Notes under the pieces: generated by a model | Databases searched by the model: none | What the model was told of the DNA's origin: nothing | Seen by the model: the letters and a program-made list of their open reading frames with translations, nothing else | Shown here: positions 1-10,430 of the stretch, piece by piece | Layout of the letters: every line of letters starts with the position of its first letter | Position numbering within the stretch: the first letter of the stretch is position 1 | Made by a program: the position numbers and the translations under genes | Source of the DNA: Chitinophagales bacterium | GTDB taxonomy: Bacteria > Bacteroidota > Bacteroidia > Chitinophagales > JADJOU01 | Assembly: GCA_040383345.1 (NCBI GenBank) | Contig: JBEIDU010000005.1 | Location: 1,196 to 65,195 of the forward strand | Reading direction: 5' to 3' | DNA length: 64,000 nucleotides

Positions 1-858
1 GCTTTCAATAGCCTCGATAAGGGTAGAGTGGAAACTTTCGATGAGATGATGCGGGAGTTTGCGTATAAAACCTACGGTATCGGACATCAAAAAAGGTACA
101 TTTTCTATCACTACCTTGCGAACGGTGGTGTCCAGCGTAGCAAAAAGTTTGTTTTCTGCCAATATATCCGCTTTGCTCACGAGGTTCATGATCGTACTTT
201 TACCCACATTGGTATAGCCTACTAGCGATACGCGTATCATTTCGCCACGGCTTTTTCGCTGGGTTTCACTTTGTTTGGATATTTCTTTGAGCTTTTCTTT
301 AAGGTGCGAAATTTTGGTTTGAGCTATACGTCTATCGGTTTCTATCTCTTTTTCCCCAGAGCCTCGCATGCCTATTCCTCCTTTGATACGGTCTAGGTGT
401 TGCCACATGCCTTTGAGTCGGGGCATCAAATATTGAGTTTGAGCCAGTTCTACTTGTGTTTTGGCTTGCAACGTTTTGGCATTTTGTGCAAAGATGTCTA
501 GGATGAGCATACTTCTATCCAAGACTTTGATTTTCAGTTCTTTTTCGATATTATTCTGCTGCGAAGGGCTGATTTCATCATCAAAAATGATGGCATCAAT
601 TTTATATTTTTTGCAATATTCGTTTATTTCTTCCAGTTTTCCACTGCCTACATAGGTTCGCTTATCGGGATTGTCAAGTATTTGATGAAAAACTTCTACG
701 GGCTCTACATTGGCAGTAGTAGCTAGGAAATAGAGCTCATCCAAGTATTCTTTCAATTTGAGGAGTTCGTGTTTGTTTTTGGCTACGCCTACCAATATGA
801 CACGTTCGCGTTCTTTGAGGGTATTGTCTACTTTAAATTCGGTTCTTTCTAATGCCAT
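1..858 (-). CDS. hflX: GTPase HflX, N-terminal ~286 codons (gene runs off the window start)
   Basis: Absent from the ORF track because there is no stop inside the window. My reverse-strand translation from the ATG at 858 reads MALERTEFKVDNTLKERERVILVGV...RVSLVGYTNVGKSTIMN...LFATLDTT...MSDTVGFIRKLPHHLIESF. This gives the HflX N-domain plus the G1 (GxxNxGKST) and G3 (DTVGF) GTPase motifs. Confidence 0.85.
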   Translation of the reverse strand, partial: MALERTEFKVDNTLKERERVILVGVAKNKHELLKLKEYLDELYFLATTANVEPVEVFHQILDNPDKRTYVGSGKLEEINEYCKKYKIDAIIFDDEISPSQQNNIEKELKIKVLDRSMLILDIFAQNAKTLQAKTQVELAQTQYLMPRLKGMWQHLDRIKGGIGMRGSGEKEIETDRRIAQTKISHLKEKLKEISKQSETQRKSRGEMIRVSLVGYTNVGKSTIMNLVSKADILAENKLFATLDTTVRKVVIENVPFLMSDTVGFIRKLPHHLIESFHSTLIEAIES

Positions 859-861
859 ATT

Positions 862-2613
862 TTATTTTATTCGCACACCATTTTCATATTTTACAATGAA
901 TGCATCATTGAAACCTTTCATTTTTACATACTCTTTATGTTTTCGAGCTTCGTCTATATTTTTAAATTCACCAGTCAAATATTTATACAAGCCATCTTCT
1001 TCGCTTTCTTTTATATCGGGGAAAGTCCCATAGATAATATCTTTATTTTCAATTTTTCGTTGGGATGCTTTTACTTGAATTTTGAATATCAATCCTGTTT
1101 TGGGAGCGATAGGACTACTTTTTGATGCGATAATTGGAGGTGTGGCTATCTTACTTAGTTCCTTATTTGTAGCATTTTTTGGAGTATTGATGGCTACTTT
1201 TTGTTCAATTTCTTTATCTCCGATATTAATTTTTTTAGCTACTTTTTTTTCTGTATTGGATTCTGTTTTTTTAGGCTCAATATTTATTTTTTCTTCGGTA
1301 GAAATGATTTCCTTATTTGATTTTTGTTTTTGCGTGTTTTCTGCTACCGAAGCTATATCTACTTTTGTTTTTGGAGTTGGGGTATTCATTTCCTTGGAAG
1401 AAGCTTCAATTTTAGGTTCAGTTATTTGTACCAATTCAAGAGGTGTTTCTTCTTCTATGATAATAATTTTTCGTGGCGGCGATATCAATACACTTTCCTT
1501 AGGTTTTGTTTTTGTTTTTTCTTTTGAAATAGTGTCTTCTGCAATAGGTTTGCTAGGCACTTTGGTCATTTCTTTGATGGGTTCTATAGCAGTAGGAGGC
1601 TGCTTTGCAGCATCTTTTGAGGGTGTCATTTTTTGATTGGATTCCATTTCTTTCATAGCATTGGGATAGCCGGCTTTTTCGGTTTTTAATTTTTCAGCAA
1701 GATCCATTTGTTTATCCATACTTATTTTCTTTTCAGCAGCGCTTGGTTCTTTGCTAGGCGCAGATATATCGGTATGTTTTCCCTCAAATTTTCGTTTGTA
1801 TTCGCTGAATGCATTGGCTATTTTGGTGGCAATATTTATTTGCCCCAATTTGCTGTTCATATATTCTTCTTCTTCGGCATTGGAAATAAATCCAATTTCG
1901 AGAAGACAGCTTGGCATAGCTGTTTGATATAATACTAAAAATCCTGCTTGTTTGGTTCCTCTAATGGATTGATTGTCATTATTTTTGAATTCATTTTCAA
2001 TCCTTTTGGCGAAATGAATACTATTATCTAAAAACAAACTTTGTTTCATGGTCATGATAATATTTCCTTCGCCGGAGTTGGGATCAAACCCATAATTTTC
2101 AGTTACATTTCCCTCCAAATTTACTACGGCATTCTCCTTTTTTGCTACTTCTAAGTTTTCTTCCGATTTGTGCAATCCCAAAACATAAAATTCTACGCCA
2201 GAGGGTTCTTTTTTCTTATTGGAGTTTGCATGAACCGAAATAAATAAATCTGCTTTGGCTTTATTAGCAATAGAAGCTCGCTGATACAATTCTATAAAAC
2301 GATCGTCTTCACGGGTCATGATTACTTTTACATCGGGATGTTTTTCTCTAATCAATTCTGCTAATTTAAGCGATACCGCTAATACAATATCTTTCTCTTT
2401 TGAAAAGTTGCCAATAGCACCAGGATCTTTGCCACCATGGCCAGGATCAATAACAACTTTTCGTAGTTTCTTAGACACTATTTCTTGGCCGTAAGAATTT
2501 TTAGCCAAAAAGCACAGACAAATAATAAAAATTGTATATTTGCAGTTTTTAAGAACGTTTAGAAGAATATTATTTTGCATTGTGTGAATTTTTGTATCAA
2601 TTATTTTTTTCAT
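862..2613 (-). CDS. N-acetylmuramoyl-L-alanine amidase (Amidase_3) with a long K/E/P/T-rich linker and a C-terminal SPOR domain
   Basis: VVIDPGHGGKDPGAIG and ISVHANS are amidase_3 motifs. The last ~80 aa (GLIFKIQVKASQ...GFNDAFIVKYENGVRIK) look like a SPOR domain. The second Met at 2580 (MQNNILLNVLKNCKYTIFIICLCFLAKNSYGQ, signal-like) is the more likely start. Confidence 0.8.
   Translation of the reverse strand: MKKIIDTKIHTMQNNILLNVLKNCKYTIFIICLCFLAKNSYGQEIVSKKLRKVVIDPGHGGKDPGAIGNFSKEKDIVLAVSLKLAELIREKHPDVKVIMTREDDRFIELYQRASIANKAKADLFISVHANSNKKKEPSGVEFYVLGLHKSEENLEVAKKENAVVNLEGNVTENYGFDPNSGEGNIIMTMKQSLFLDNSIHFAKRIENEFKNNDNQSIRGTKQAGFLVLYQTAMPSCLLEIGFISNAEEEEYMNSKLGQINIATKIANAFSEYKRKFEGKHTDISAPSKEPSAAEKKISMDKQMDLAEKLKTEKAGYPNAMKEMESNQKMTPSKDAAKQPPTAIEPIKEMTKVPSKPIAEDTISKEKTKTKPKESVLISPPRKIIIIEEETPLELVQITEPKIEASSKEMNTPTPKTKVDIASVAENTQKQKSNKEIISTEEKINIEPKKTESNTEKKVAKKINIGDKEIEQKVAINTPKNATNKELSKIATPPIIASKSSPIAPKTGLIFKIQVKASQRKIENKDIIYGTFPDIKESEEDGLYKYLTGEFKNIDEARKHKEYVKMKGFNDAFIVKYENGVRIK
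2535..2542 (+). promoter_or_regulatory. Bacteroidota -7 box TATATTTG (TAnnTTTG) upstream of the LptD-like gene
   Basis: Exact match to TAnnTTTG, 32 nt upstream of the TTG start at 2575. It lies inside the 5' end of the divergent amidase ORF. Confidence 0.4.
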
Positions 2614-5142
2614 TATTGTAGCAACGGAGCAAAGATACTTATATTATCTCTTTTTCTATTCTTTTCATGCGACTTATTTTCACAATCAAAGCCTTTGCTC
2701 TCTACAAAAAAGGACACTTTGACTCGCAATGAAGTAGTTGTAGATTCTTTTCAATTAAAAGATGCTAGTGGAGATATAAAAACAAAGATTGATTATCATG
2801 CCGAAGATAGTATTGTATTTGACAATGTATCCAAAAAAATGTTTTTGTACAATAAGTCCAAGATTGACTATAATAGCATGAATGTAGATGCCTATTTTAT
2901 AGAATATGACTGGAATACAGGTATAATGACTGCAAATCAAAAAGTGGAAGGAGACTCCATCATTGGGGTACCTTATCTGAAACAAGATGGAAAAGAATAT
3001 ATTACTGATAAAATTACGTATAATTTTAAATCCCAAAAAGGGAAAGTATATAATATCGTAACTCAAGAAGGCGAAGGAATTCTTCATGGCGAGGAGGTAA
3101 AAAAAGATAGCAATAAAAACTGGTATGTAAGCCGTGCTAAATATACTACATGTGATCTTGAACATCCACATTTTCATTTTAATGCTAGAAAATTGAAATT
3201 AATTCCCGATAAAGCTATGATTACGGGGCCTACCAATATTGTTATCAATGATATTCCTACGCCTTTGTATCTTCCTTTTGGACTTTTTCCGCTCAAAAAA
3301 GGACGAAGAAGTGGCTTGCTTTTACCTACAGAATATGGTTTTTCGCCAGTATTCAACCTTCAAGGTCTAGGATATTATTTTGGTATCAATGATCATTTGG
3401 ATTTGGCCGTGCGTACCCAGTTGTTTTTCAATGGCAGTTATGGTATACAAGGTGATTTTAGATATTTGAAAAAATATAATTTTAATGGATCTATTAGCGT
3501 AGGGATGAATAGAATTTTTCAAGGGGATAATGATAATCCTGCCGTTTCGGCCAATACAGCTACCAACTATAATATTACATGGACGCATAGTCAGGATATA
3601 AAAGCCCACCCCACTTTTACCTTCAATACGACTTTGCGCTATCAAACACAAGGCTATTTTCAAAATCCTATCAACGTAACAGCAAGAAGAATTGATGCTC
3701 AAATCAACTCCAGTTTGAGCCTAACTAAACGATTTAGAGGATTGCCATTAGAACTCAGAAGTAGTATCAATTACACTCAAAATTTAGCAAATAAATCGGT
3801 AACAGGGCAATTTCCAAACTTACAGATGAACTATAATGGAAATCCATTAAAAACCGCTTCGGGAAAAGGCTATTTGAACCAATTGAATTTTTCCTATACC
3901 TCTGAATTTAACTCACAATTTAGAAGTTATGACAGTTTGTTGCTTTCAGATCAATTTTTCAAAGATTTGAAATTTGGAATTTTACATACCCTTAATTTTA
4001 ATTTTGGAGCCATTAAATTGTTGAAAAATTTTAATTTATCGCCAAGTCTTAGATACCAAAATAGAAATTATTTTTCCCGAACATTATATGGTTTTTCCAC
4101 TAAATTAGATACTATTACCGAAAATGGTCTATATTCAGTTCAAGATTTTAGTGGGGGGATAAACTTAAGTGCCGTAATTGTAGGACTTAAACAGTTTCGA
4201 GGGCGAGGGTTTCAAGGTATTAGGCATCAGATGACGCCCAACGTTGGATTTTCATTTAGTCCCGATTTTACAAAAGATTTTTGGGGATATTACAGGCAGT
4301 TGGATACAGGAAAAATATTTACTTATTCTCCTTATTCGCAGGGGTTATGGTCTGTTCCAGGCAATAGTGCAGCGGCTTTATTGAATTTTGGATTATCCAA
4401 TTCCCTAGAAGCCAAATTTTTTAATAAAAAAGATTCTGCCAATCCTTCCAAAAAAATTATGTTGATAGACAATTTAAGTCTTTCGGGTTCATACAACCTC
4501 AATGCAGATAGTTTTAAAATGTCTAACTGGAATATGTCAATGAGTAGCAATATAGGTAAATTTGCTAATTTTAGAATGGATTTTAATTATGACCCTTATG
4601 TCTATCAAAATGGTGTAAGAGTAGATAAATTATTGATTTCTAATAAAGGTGGTTTGGTTCGATTGCAGTCATTTAGCGCAGCCTTAAACTTCAATCTGTC
4701 TTCTGCCAATCTAGCGTCCAATGTTCTTAAAAGTAAGAAAGGAAGTGAAGCAGAAAGGAACTATATATACAGAAATTATCATTATTTTTATGATTTTAAT
4801 AATCCTTGGAATGCGAATCTAGCTATAAACTTTACCTCTAATAATGATTTTAGATTAGATACTACAGTATATACTGCAAATATTAGTTTAAATAATTTGG
4901 ATTTTAATCTCACAAAAAATTGGAAGATTGCTGTTCGATCAGGATATGATTTCAATGCAAAGCAAATTTTGATGACCACTATTTCCGCTGTACGAAATAT
5001 GCACTGTTGGGAATTCCGATTTAATTATACACCCATATCTAATTTTGGACAAGCGTATTCTATTGAAATTAGACCAAAGTCTGCATTGCTACAAGATATG
5101 AAATTGATGAGAAACAAACCGGCCCTAGAAAATTATTTTTAA
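2575..5142 (+). CDS. LptD/OstA-like outer membrane LPS-assembly protein (Bacteroidota long form)
   Basis: 855 aa with an N-terminal OstA-like segment (KIDYHAEDSIVFDNVSKKMFLYNKSKIDYNSMNVDAYFIEYDW). The rest has alternating, aromatic-rich beta-barrel character. It sits divergent from the amidase, as is usual in Flavobacteriia. The start is a TTG and is uncertain. Confidence 0.65.
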   Translation: MHCVNFCINYFFHYCSNGAKILILSLFLFFSCDLFSQSKPLLSTKKDTLTRNEVVVDSFQLKDASGDIKTKIDYHAEDSIVFDNVSKKMFLYNKSKIDYNSMNVDAYFIEYDWNTGIMTANQKVEGDSIIGVPYLKQDGKEYITDKITYNFKSQKGKVYNIVTQEGEGILHGEEVKKDSNKNWYVSRAKYTTCDLEHPHFHFNARKLKLIPDKAMITGPTNIVINDIPTPLYLPFGLFPLKKGRRSGLLLPTEYGFSPVFNLQGLGYYFGINDHLDLAVRTQLFFNGSYGIQGDFRYLKKYNFNGSISVGMNRIFQGDNDNPAVSANTATNYNITWTHSQDIKAHPTFTFNTTLRYQTQGYFQNPINVTARRIDAQINSSLSLTKRFRGLPLELRSSINYTQNLANKSVTGQFPNLQMNYNGNPLKTASGKGYLNQLNFSYTSEFNSQFRSYDSLLLSDQFFKDLKFGILHTLNFNFGAIKLLKNFNLSPSLRYQNRNYFSRTLYGFSTKLDTITENGLYSVQDFSGGINLSAVIVGLKQFRGRGFQGIRHQMTPNVGFSFSPDFTKDFWGYYRQLDTGKIFTYSPYSQGLWSVPGNSAAALLNFGLSNSLEAKFFNKKDSANPSKKIMLIDNLSLSGSYNLNADSFKMSNWNMSMSSNIGKFANFRMDFNYDPYVYQNGVRVDKLLISNKGGLVRLQSFSAALNFNLSSANLASNVLKSKKGSEAERNYIYRNYHYFYDFNNPWNANLAINFTSNNDFRLDTTVYTANISLNNLDFNLTKNWKIAVRSGYDFNAKQILMTTISAVRNMHCWEFRFNYTPISNFGQAYSIEIRPKSALLQDMKLMRNKPALENYF

Positions 5143-5168
5143 TCTCAAAACATACTACAAAAAAACAA

Positions 5169-5843
5169 ATGCAAACAAATTTTGATACAAATATTACAAT
5201 AGGATTGCGACGCAATATGCTCGAAGATATTGAAAAACTATTTATTGAAAAAAATCATACAAATTTTCAAAATATACTTGAAGCTATGGATTTGGTGCCT
5301 CGCCATTTCTTTTTGGGAAAAGGTTTTGAGCAACTATCGTATAAAAATCAAAATATAGATATAGAAGCGGAACAGACTATTTCTAAGCCAACTACTGTAG
5401 CTATTCAAACCTTTTTGCTCAATTTGAAAAAAAATGAAACGGTATTGGAAATTGGAACTGGAAGTGGATATCAAGCAGCGGTTTTGAGTCATTTGGCGGG
5501 AAAGGTTTATACAATTGAAAGGCATGAAATTTTATTTCAGCGAGCCACAAAAAAATTGAAAGAATTGGGCTTGAAAAATATATATACTTTTTTGGAAGAT
5601 GGATTCAAGGGCGTGCCTAGGTATGCACCTTATGACAAAATTTTAATTACTTGTGCCGCACCTGAAATCCCTCAAAATCTAGTCAATCAACTCAAAGTTG
5701 GCGGTCAATTTGTATTGCCTATGGAAGACGGCGAAGGACAGCAAGACATGCTTCGTTTGACCAAAAATGAAGAGGGTTCGTTATCAGAAGAAAAATTTGG
5801 AAAATTTGAATTTGTACCTATGTTGGAAGGAATTTCTAAATAA
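5169..5843 (+). CDS. pcm: protein-L-isoaspartate O-methyltransferase
   Basis: SAM motif VLEIGTGSGYQAAVLSHLAG, the YDKILITCAAPEIP segment, and ~220 aa length. Confidence 0.85.
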   Translation: MQTNFDTNITIGLRRNMLEDIEKLFIEKNHTNFQNILEAMDLVPRHFFLGKGFEQLSYKNQNIDIEAEQTISKPTTVAIQTFLLNLKKNETVLEIGTGSGYQAAVLSHLAGKVYTIERHEILFQRATKKLKELGLKNIYTFLEDGFKGVPRYAPYDKILITCAAPEIPQNLVNQLKVGGQFVLPMEDGEGQQDMLRLTKNEEGSLSEEKFGKFEFVPMLEGISK

Positions 5844-5851
5844 ATAATCGT

Positions 5852-6421
5852 ATGAAATTACTTTGTATCACAGATTTAGATGGAATTGAAAAGAACTGGG
5901 AAAAAGGTAGTCATGAAAATGAATTTAATTGTCATAGCGTATCGATTACTTTTTTCAATTTAAATCATTTATCATGGGATTTGATAGAGAAAAAAATTCA
6001 AGAAGAGCGTTTTCATCTTTGTCTAAGCCTTATGCAATGTGAAATAAAAGACTCCAATTTAAAAGATTCTATTTTGCTTAATGCCGTTAATAACTACATA
6101 TCAAATGAAATGATAATAAGTGCAGATGAAGATCTTGTTGCCAATCAACCTTTTATTGTGAATAAATCAACGTCATATTTCAATGTCTTTTTGGAAATAG
6201 ATAAATGTATTTCGTTTACCACAGAATTGAAAAATTGCGAAGAAGAATTAAAGCATAAAAATTTATCTAATTTATTAATTATTAGTTCAATCAATTATAA
6301 ATTAGCGCATCTTTTTTCCTCGCATCGGTGCAATTATTATTTGCTAAATTATACTTCAAGTTATAAACAAATAAATAAAGTAGCATCTATGTTTCAAGAT
6401 ATTATTGAGAAATTAGACTAA
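5852..6421 (+). CDS. hypothetical protein
   Basis: 189-aa ORF placed tightly after pcm on the same strand. I recognise no motifs. Confidence 0.4.
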   Translation: MKLLCITDLDGIEKNWEKGSHENEFNCHSVSITFFNLNHLSWDLIEKKIQEERFHLCLSLMQCEIKDSNLKDSILLNAVNNYISNEMIISADEDLVANQPFIVNKSTSYFNVFLEIDKCISFTTELKNCEEELKHKNLSNLLIISSINYKLAHLFSSHRCNYYLLNYTSSYKQINKVASMFQDIIEKLD

Positions 6422-6446
6422 TGAGCTTGAATTGGGATTTTTTTTT

Positions 6447-6454
6447 TAAATTTG
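6447..6454 (+). promoter_or_regulatory. -7 box TAAATTTG
   Basis: Exact TAnnTTTG match, 18 nt upstream of the ATG at 6473. It overlaps the TTG used by the ORF track (6452), which argues against that start. Confidence 0.45.
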
Positions 6455-6472
6455 CAGGTGAAATTTCATAAA

Positions 6473-7000
6473 ATGAGTCAATTTAATATTTGGAAATTTA
6501 GTACATTTTTATTACTATTGTTGGTTTTAGGACTTGGCGCATATATGTTTTTTTTCAAAAAAGCATCTTTTAGTTCAAATGGGGTCATTGTTTTGGATGA
6601 TTTTAATGCGGATAAGAAAGATTTAAATAAATTTCAGAATCCAGAATTTGCGCCAGATAACAATGATTTTTTCTATAAAAAACCTACTCAAATTCAGTTT
6701 GATAAAGAATTATATGATTTTGATACCATTGTAGAAGGCACAGTCCTCAAAAAAGAAATTGAATATCTAAACATAGGTAAAAACCCCTATTTTGTACTGG
6801 ATGTAAAAGTGAGCTGCGGTTGTACCGTGCCACATTATGAAAAAGCACCTATAGCACCCGGAAAAAAAGGAAAAGTAATCGTTGAATATAATTCTGCGGG
6901 CAAAGACGGCTTTTCAATGAATAAGTTGACCTTATACGGCAATGTAAATGGTGATCAAAAATCTACTTTTTTTAAAGTGTTTGTAAAAAAGAAAAAATAG
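6473..7000 (+). CDS. DUF1573-domain membrane-anchored protein
   Basis: N-terminal TM helix (FSTFLLLLLVLGLGAYMFFF) and the characteristic VSCGCTVP motif of DUF1573. Start moved to the ATG at 6473. Confidence 0.7.
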   Translation: MSQFNIWKFSTFLLLLLVLGLGAYMFFFKKASFSSNGVIVLDDFNADKKDLNKFQNPEFAPDNNDFFYKKPTQIQFDKELYDFDTIVEGTVLKKEIEYLNIGKNPYFVLDVKVSCGCTVPHYEKAPIAPGKKGKVIVEYNSAGKDGFSMNKLTLYGNVNGDQKSTFFKVFVKKKK

Positions 7001-7413
7001 TGAGAATAGTAGCAATTGACTTTGGGGGTAAGAGAACCGGATTGGCCGTTACAGACCCCATGCAAATTATTGCCACTTCATTAGAAACGGTTGAAACCTA
7101 CAAATTGATTGAATATTTGGAGAAATACTGCTTAACAGAACCTGTTGAGGGGTTTGTATTTGGATTGTCAAAAAAATTAGATAATTCAATGAATGATATA
7201 CACAAATCTATGCAGGTATTTCAATCCAAATTGAAAGAAAAATTTCCAGAGAAATATATAGAAGAAATGGATGAACGCTTCACTTCTAAAATAGCGCAAC
7301 AGAGTATTTTGATGAGCGGTGTCAATAAAAAAACACGGCAAGACAAGACACTTATAGACAAAGTGAGTGCGGCTATTTTATTACAGGATTATTTAAATTT
7401 TAAACAACGATAA
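7000..7413 (+). CDS. ruvX: Holliday junction resolvase RuvX (YqgF)
   Basis: (M)RIVAIDFGGKRTGLAV N-terminus and 137 aa length. The GTG start overlaps the upstream stop. Confidence 0.85.
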   Translation: MRIVAIDFGGKRTGLAVTDPMQIIATSLETVETYKLIEYLEKYCLTEPVEGFVFGLSKKLDNSMNDIHKSMQVFQSKLKEKFPEKYIEEMDERFTSKIAQQSILMSGVNKKTRQDKTLIDKVSAAILLQDYLNFKQR

Positions 7414-7421
7414 ATTACCTT

Positions 7422-7991
7422 ATGGTGTTACCAGTAGCGGCATATGGAATGCCCATTTTGAAAAAAGTAGGAGAAAAAGTAGATATCAATGATCCTCAAT
7501 TGGATGCCTTGATTCAAAATATGTTCGAGACTATGGACTTCTGCAAAGGCGTAGGCATAGCTGCACCACAAATCAATAAAAGTTTGCTCCTTTTTGTAAT
7601 AGATAGTAGCAAAATAGATAGCGACGAAGATAATCGAAAGTCTAAAGACGAAGTGGGACTTCGAGAGGTTTTTATTAATCCTATAATTTTGGAAGAATAT
7701 GGCGAAATAAAAGGCTACGAAGAAGGATGTCTTAGTATTCCTGCCGTATATGGCAATGTAGATCGTCCTTCCAAGCTGAAAATTGAATATACCAATTCAA
7801 AAAATGAACGCGTAATCCAAGAATTTGATGGCTTTACGGCACGTGTCATTCAGCATGAATACGATCATATTCAAGGTGTTTTGTTTATTGATAAATTAAA
7901 ACCTATGAAAAAACAATTAATCAAACGAAGGCTAGACGATATCAAAAAAGGCAAAGTTTCCGCCCGATACAAAATGATTTTCAATATCTAA
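7422..7991 (+). CDS. def: peptide deformylase
   Basis: All three motifs are present: GVGIAAPQI, EGCLSIP and QHEYDH. Confidence 0.9.
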   Translation: MVLPVAAYGMPILKKVGEKVDINDPQLDALIQNMFETMDFCKGVGIAAPQINKSLLLFVIDSSKIDSDEDNRKSKDEVGLREVFINPIILEEYGEIKGYEEGCLSIPAVYGNVDRPSKLKIEYTNSKNERVIQEFDGFTARVIQHEYDHIQGVLFIDKLKPMKKQLIKRRLDDIKKGKVSARYKMIFNI

Positions 7992-8026
7992 TATCTAACA
8001 TCTAAAATCTCAAATCAATAATAAAT

Positions 8027-9910
8027 ATGTCCGACTCGATAAAACATGAATGTGGTATAGCATTGCTCAAACTTCACAAACCGCTTCAATATTATATTGA
8101 CAAGTACAACAAACCTACCTTTGGGCTAGACAAAATTTACCTGCTCATGGAAAAACAGCGAAATAGGGGACAAGATGGCTCTGGGATAGCTATCGTTAGA
8201 CGTGATACCGAATTTGGAAACGATTTTATCTATAGAGAGCGCAGTGCAGAAAGCAATTCGCTCCAACGAATTTTTGAAAATTGCTACAAACAATATAATA
8301 AACTCAACCCCGAAAAATTAAATGATGCCAACTATCTCAAAGAAAATTGTGAGGTTTTTGGCGATATATTTCTAGGGCATCTTCGATATGGTACACACGG
8401 CGACCTTTCCGAAAAAGTTTGCCACCCCTTTTATCGAAAATCTAATTGGATTACACGAAACCTAGTATTAGCAGGGAATTTTAACCTAACTAATGTGGAT
8501 GATTTACTTCAAAATTTGATTCAACTGGGGCAGCATCCTCGCCAAAAAGCGGATACCGTTTTGGTACTTGAAAAAATAGGCCATTTCTTGGATACCGAAG
8601 TGCAAATTATGTTTGACCAATACAAAAAAGAAGGACTTTCCAATAGTGAAATCACCAAAAAAATAGCTAGTGAAATCAATATCGAATCCATCTTAAATCG
8701 TTCGGTAAAAGGATTTGATGGGGGCTATGTGATGGCAGGCGTTTTGGGACATGGCGATGCCTTTGTCTTCCGTGACCCCAATGGCATTAGACCTTGTTTT
8801 TATTATTCGAATGATGAATTTACGGTAGTAGCAAGCGAAAGACCTGCTATTCAGACCGTTTTTAAAGTAGATTTTGAAGATATTCAAGAGTTGGCCCCTG
8901 CGCATGCATTGATTCTGAAAAATGAAAAACCTGTTTCTGTTGTCAAAATTCAAGATGAGAAAGAACGCAAATCGTGTAGTTTCGAGCGCATTTATTTTGC
9001 ACGAGGCACCGACGGCGAAATATACAAAGAGCGAAAAATGCTCGGAAAATTGCTCGCTCCAAAGCTTTTTGATGCCATAGTAGGCGATTTTGCACACACC
9101 GTATTTTCTTTTATTCCCAATACCTCCGAAACGGCTTATTATGGACTTATCAAAGGATTGGAAAGCATCTATCGCGAACAAATTGTAAAATCATTGCAAC
9201 ATGAAACCAACCCCGATTTGACCAAGCTGCTGGTAGAAGACCGAATCCGTGCCGAAAAAATTATCGTGAAAGATGTAAAACTACGCACGTTTATAACCAA
9301 TGATCAATCCCGAAACGACCTCGTGTCGCACGTATATGATATCACCTACAATTCTATCGAAAAACATCACGATACCATCTGTATGCTGGACGATAGCATT
9401 GTGCGAGGTACTACGCTCAAGCAAAGTATAATCAGTATTTTGGGAAGGCTCAAACCTAAGAAAATCATCATTGTCTCTTCGGCACCGCAAATTCGCTATC
9501 CCGATTGTTATGGAATAGATATGAGCAATATGGGCGATTTATTAGTATTCAAAGCCGCTATTGAATTGCTCCAAGAACGAGGCAACACGCAGCTGATTCA
9601 GGAAGTGTATCAAAACTGTTTGGCGGAAAATCAAAAACCATTGGCTGAAATCCAAAATAAAGTAAAGGATTTTTATGCGCCTTTCTCGGAGGATGAACTC
9701 AGCCGCAAAGCCGCAGAAATTGTAAAGCCCGAAGATATCGATTTTGAAGTAGAGCTGATATTTCAATCCCTTGAAAATCTTCAGATTGCTTGCCCCAACG
9801 ATAGAGGCGACTGGTACTTTAGTGGCGACTACGCTACGCCAGGAGGCAACAAAGTAGCCAATCAAGCATTCATCAATTTTGTAGAGAAAAAAACAGGAAG
9901 AGCATATTAG
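8027..9910 (+). CDS. purF: amidophosphoribosyltransferase, long Bacteroidota-type (class II glutamine amidotransferase + PRTase)
   Basis: N-terminal nucleophile context HECGIAL, RGQDGSGIA, and the PRTase motif CMLDDSIVRGTT. 627 aa. Confidence 0.75.
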   Translation: MSDSIKHECGIALLKLHKPLQYYIDKYNKPTFGLDKIYLLMEKQRNRGQDGSGIAIVRRDTEFGNDFIYRERSAESNSLQRIFENCYKQYNKLNPEKLNDANYLKENCEVFGDIFLGHLRYGTHGDLSEKVCHPFYRKSNWITRNLVLAGNFNLTNVDDLLQNLIQLGQHPRQKADTVLVLEKIGHFLDTEVQIMFDQYKKEGLSNSEITKKIASEINIESILNRSVKGFDGGYVMAGVLGHGDAFVFRDPNGIRPCFYYSNDEFTVVASERPAIQTVFKVDFEDIQELAPAHALILKNEKPVSVVKIQDEKERKSCSFERIYFARGTDGEIYKERKMLGKLLAPKLFDAIVGDFAHTVFSFIPNTSETAYYGLIKGLESIYREQIVKSLQHETNPDLTKLLVEDRIRAEKIIVKDVKLRTFITNDQSRNDLVSHVYDITYNSIEKHHDTICMLDDSIVRGTTLKQSIISILGRLKPKKIIIVSSAPQIRYPDCYGIDMSNMGDLLVFKAAIELLQERGNTQLIQEVYQNCLAENQKPLAEIQNKVKDFYAPFSEDELSRKAAEIVKPEDIDFEVELIFQSLENLQIACPNDRGDWYFSGDYATPGGNKVANQAFINFVEKKTGRAY

Positions 9911-9924
9911 GAAACAAAAACAAA

Positions 9925-10386
9925 TTATACTAAATTCCTAAATTCCCCATAATTGTAGCCTTTGCTTAAAAGGTAGCGGATGAGTTTTTGTTTGACTTGG
10001 GCGGATTCATTTTTAGTCTGAAGTTCTTGTCGTTTTTTGGTTATCAGTTTTTCCATATTTTCGTTGTAGATTGTGGCTTCAATATCTTTGAGATGTTCCT
10101 GAATGAGTTTTGGATCTATCCGTTTTGTATATAATGCTGCTTTTATTTTGTTTACGCCATCTTTTTTCAGATTTACTTTGGATTTAATAAAAAGGGCTAC
10201 GAAGCGATTTTCATCCAAAAATTGATGCGATTGTAAATGTGCAATAATTTCATTTCGTTCGGATTCGTCCAGTTCATATACATCCATTTTCTTTTCCACG
10301 TCATAGATACAGCGCTCTTGATAGGAACAATAATACTCCAATTTTAGCTTGAGACTGTCTATCGAAATGTGTTTTTTTGGTGTCAT
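9925..10386 (-). CDS. recX: regulatory protein RecX
   Basis: 153 aa. The YCSYQERCIYDV N-terminal motif and repeated helical modules are typical of RecX. Confidence 0.7.
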   Translation of the reverse strand: MTPKKHISIDSLKLKLEYYCSYQERCIYDVEKKMDVYELDESERNEIIAHLQSHQFLDENRFVALFIKSKVNLKKDGVNKIKAALYTKRIDPKLIQEHLKDIEATIYNENMEKLITKKRQELQTKNESAQVKQKLIRYLLSKGYNYGEFRNLV

Positions 10387-10430
10387 ATGAGTACAAACTT
10401 AAAAATAATTTAATTTTAAGCAATACTTAT

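Noticed and set aside
1082-1636. 184-aa plus-strand ORF, plus the neighbouring ORFs at 461-655, 758-1033, 937-1125, 1324-1527 and 1708-1932
   Set aside because: All are antisense to the well-supported hflX and amidase genes. They have a low-complexity, hydrophobic composition, typical of shadow ORFs.
8693-9181. 162-aa minus-strand ORF, plus 9281-9490 and 9542-9865
   Set aside because: They are antisense to the strongly supported amidophosphoribosyltransferase gene.
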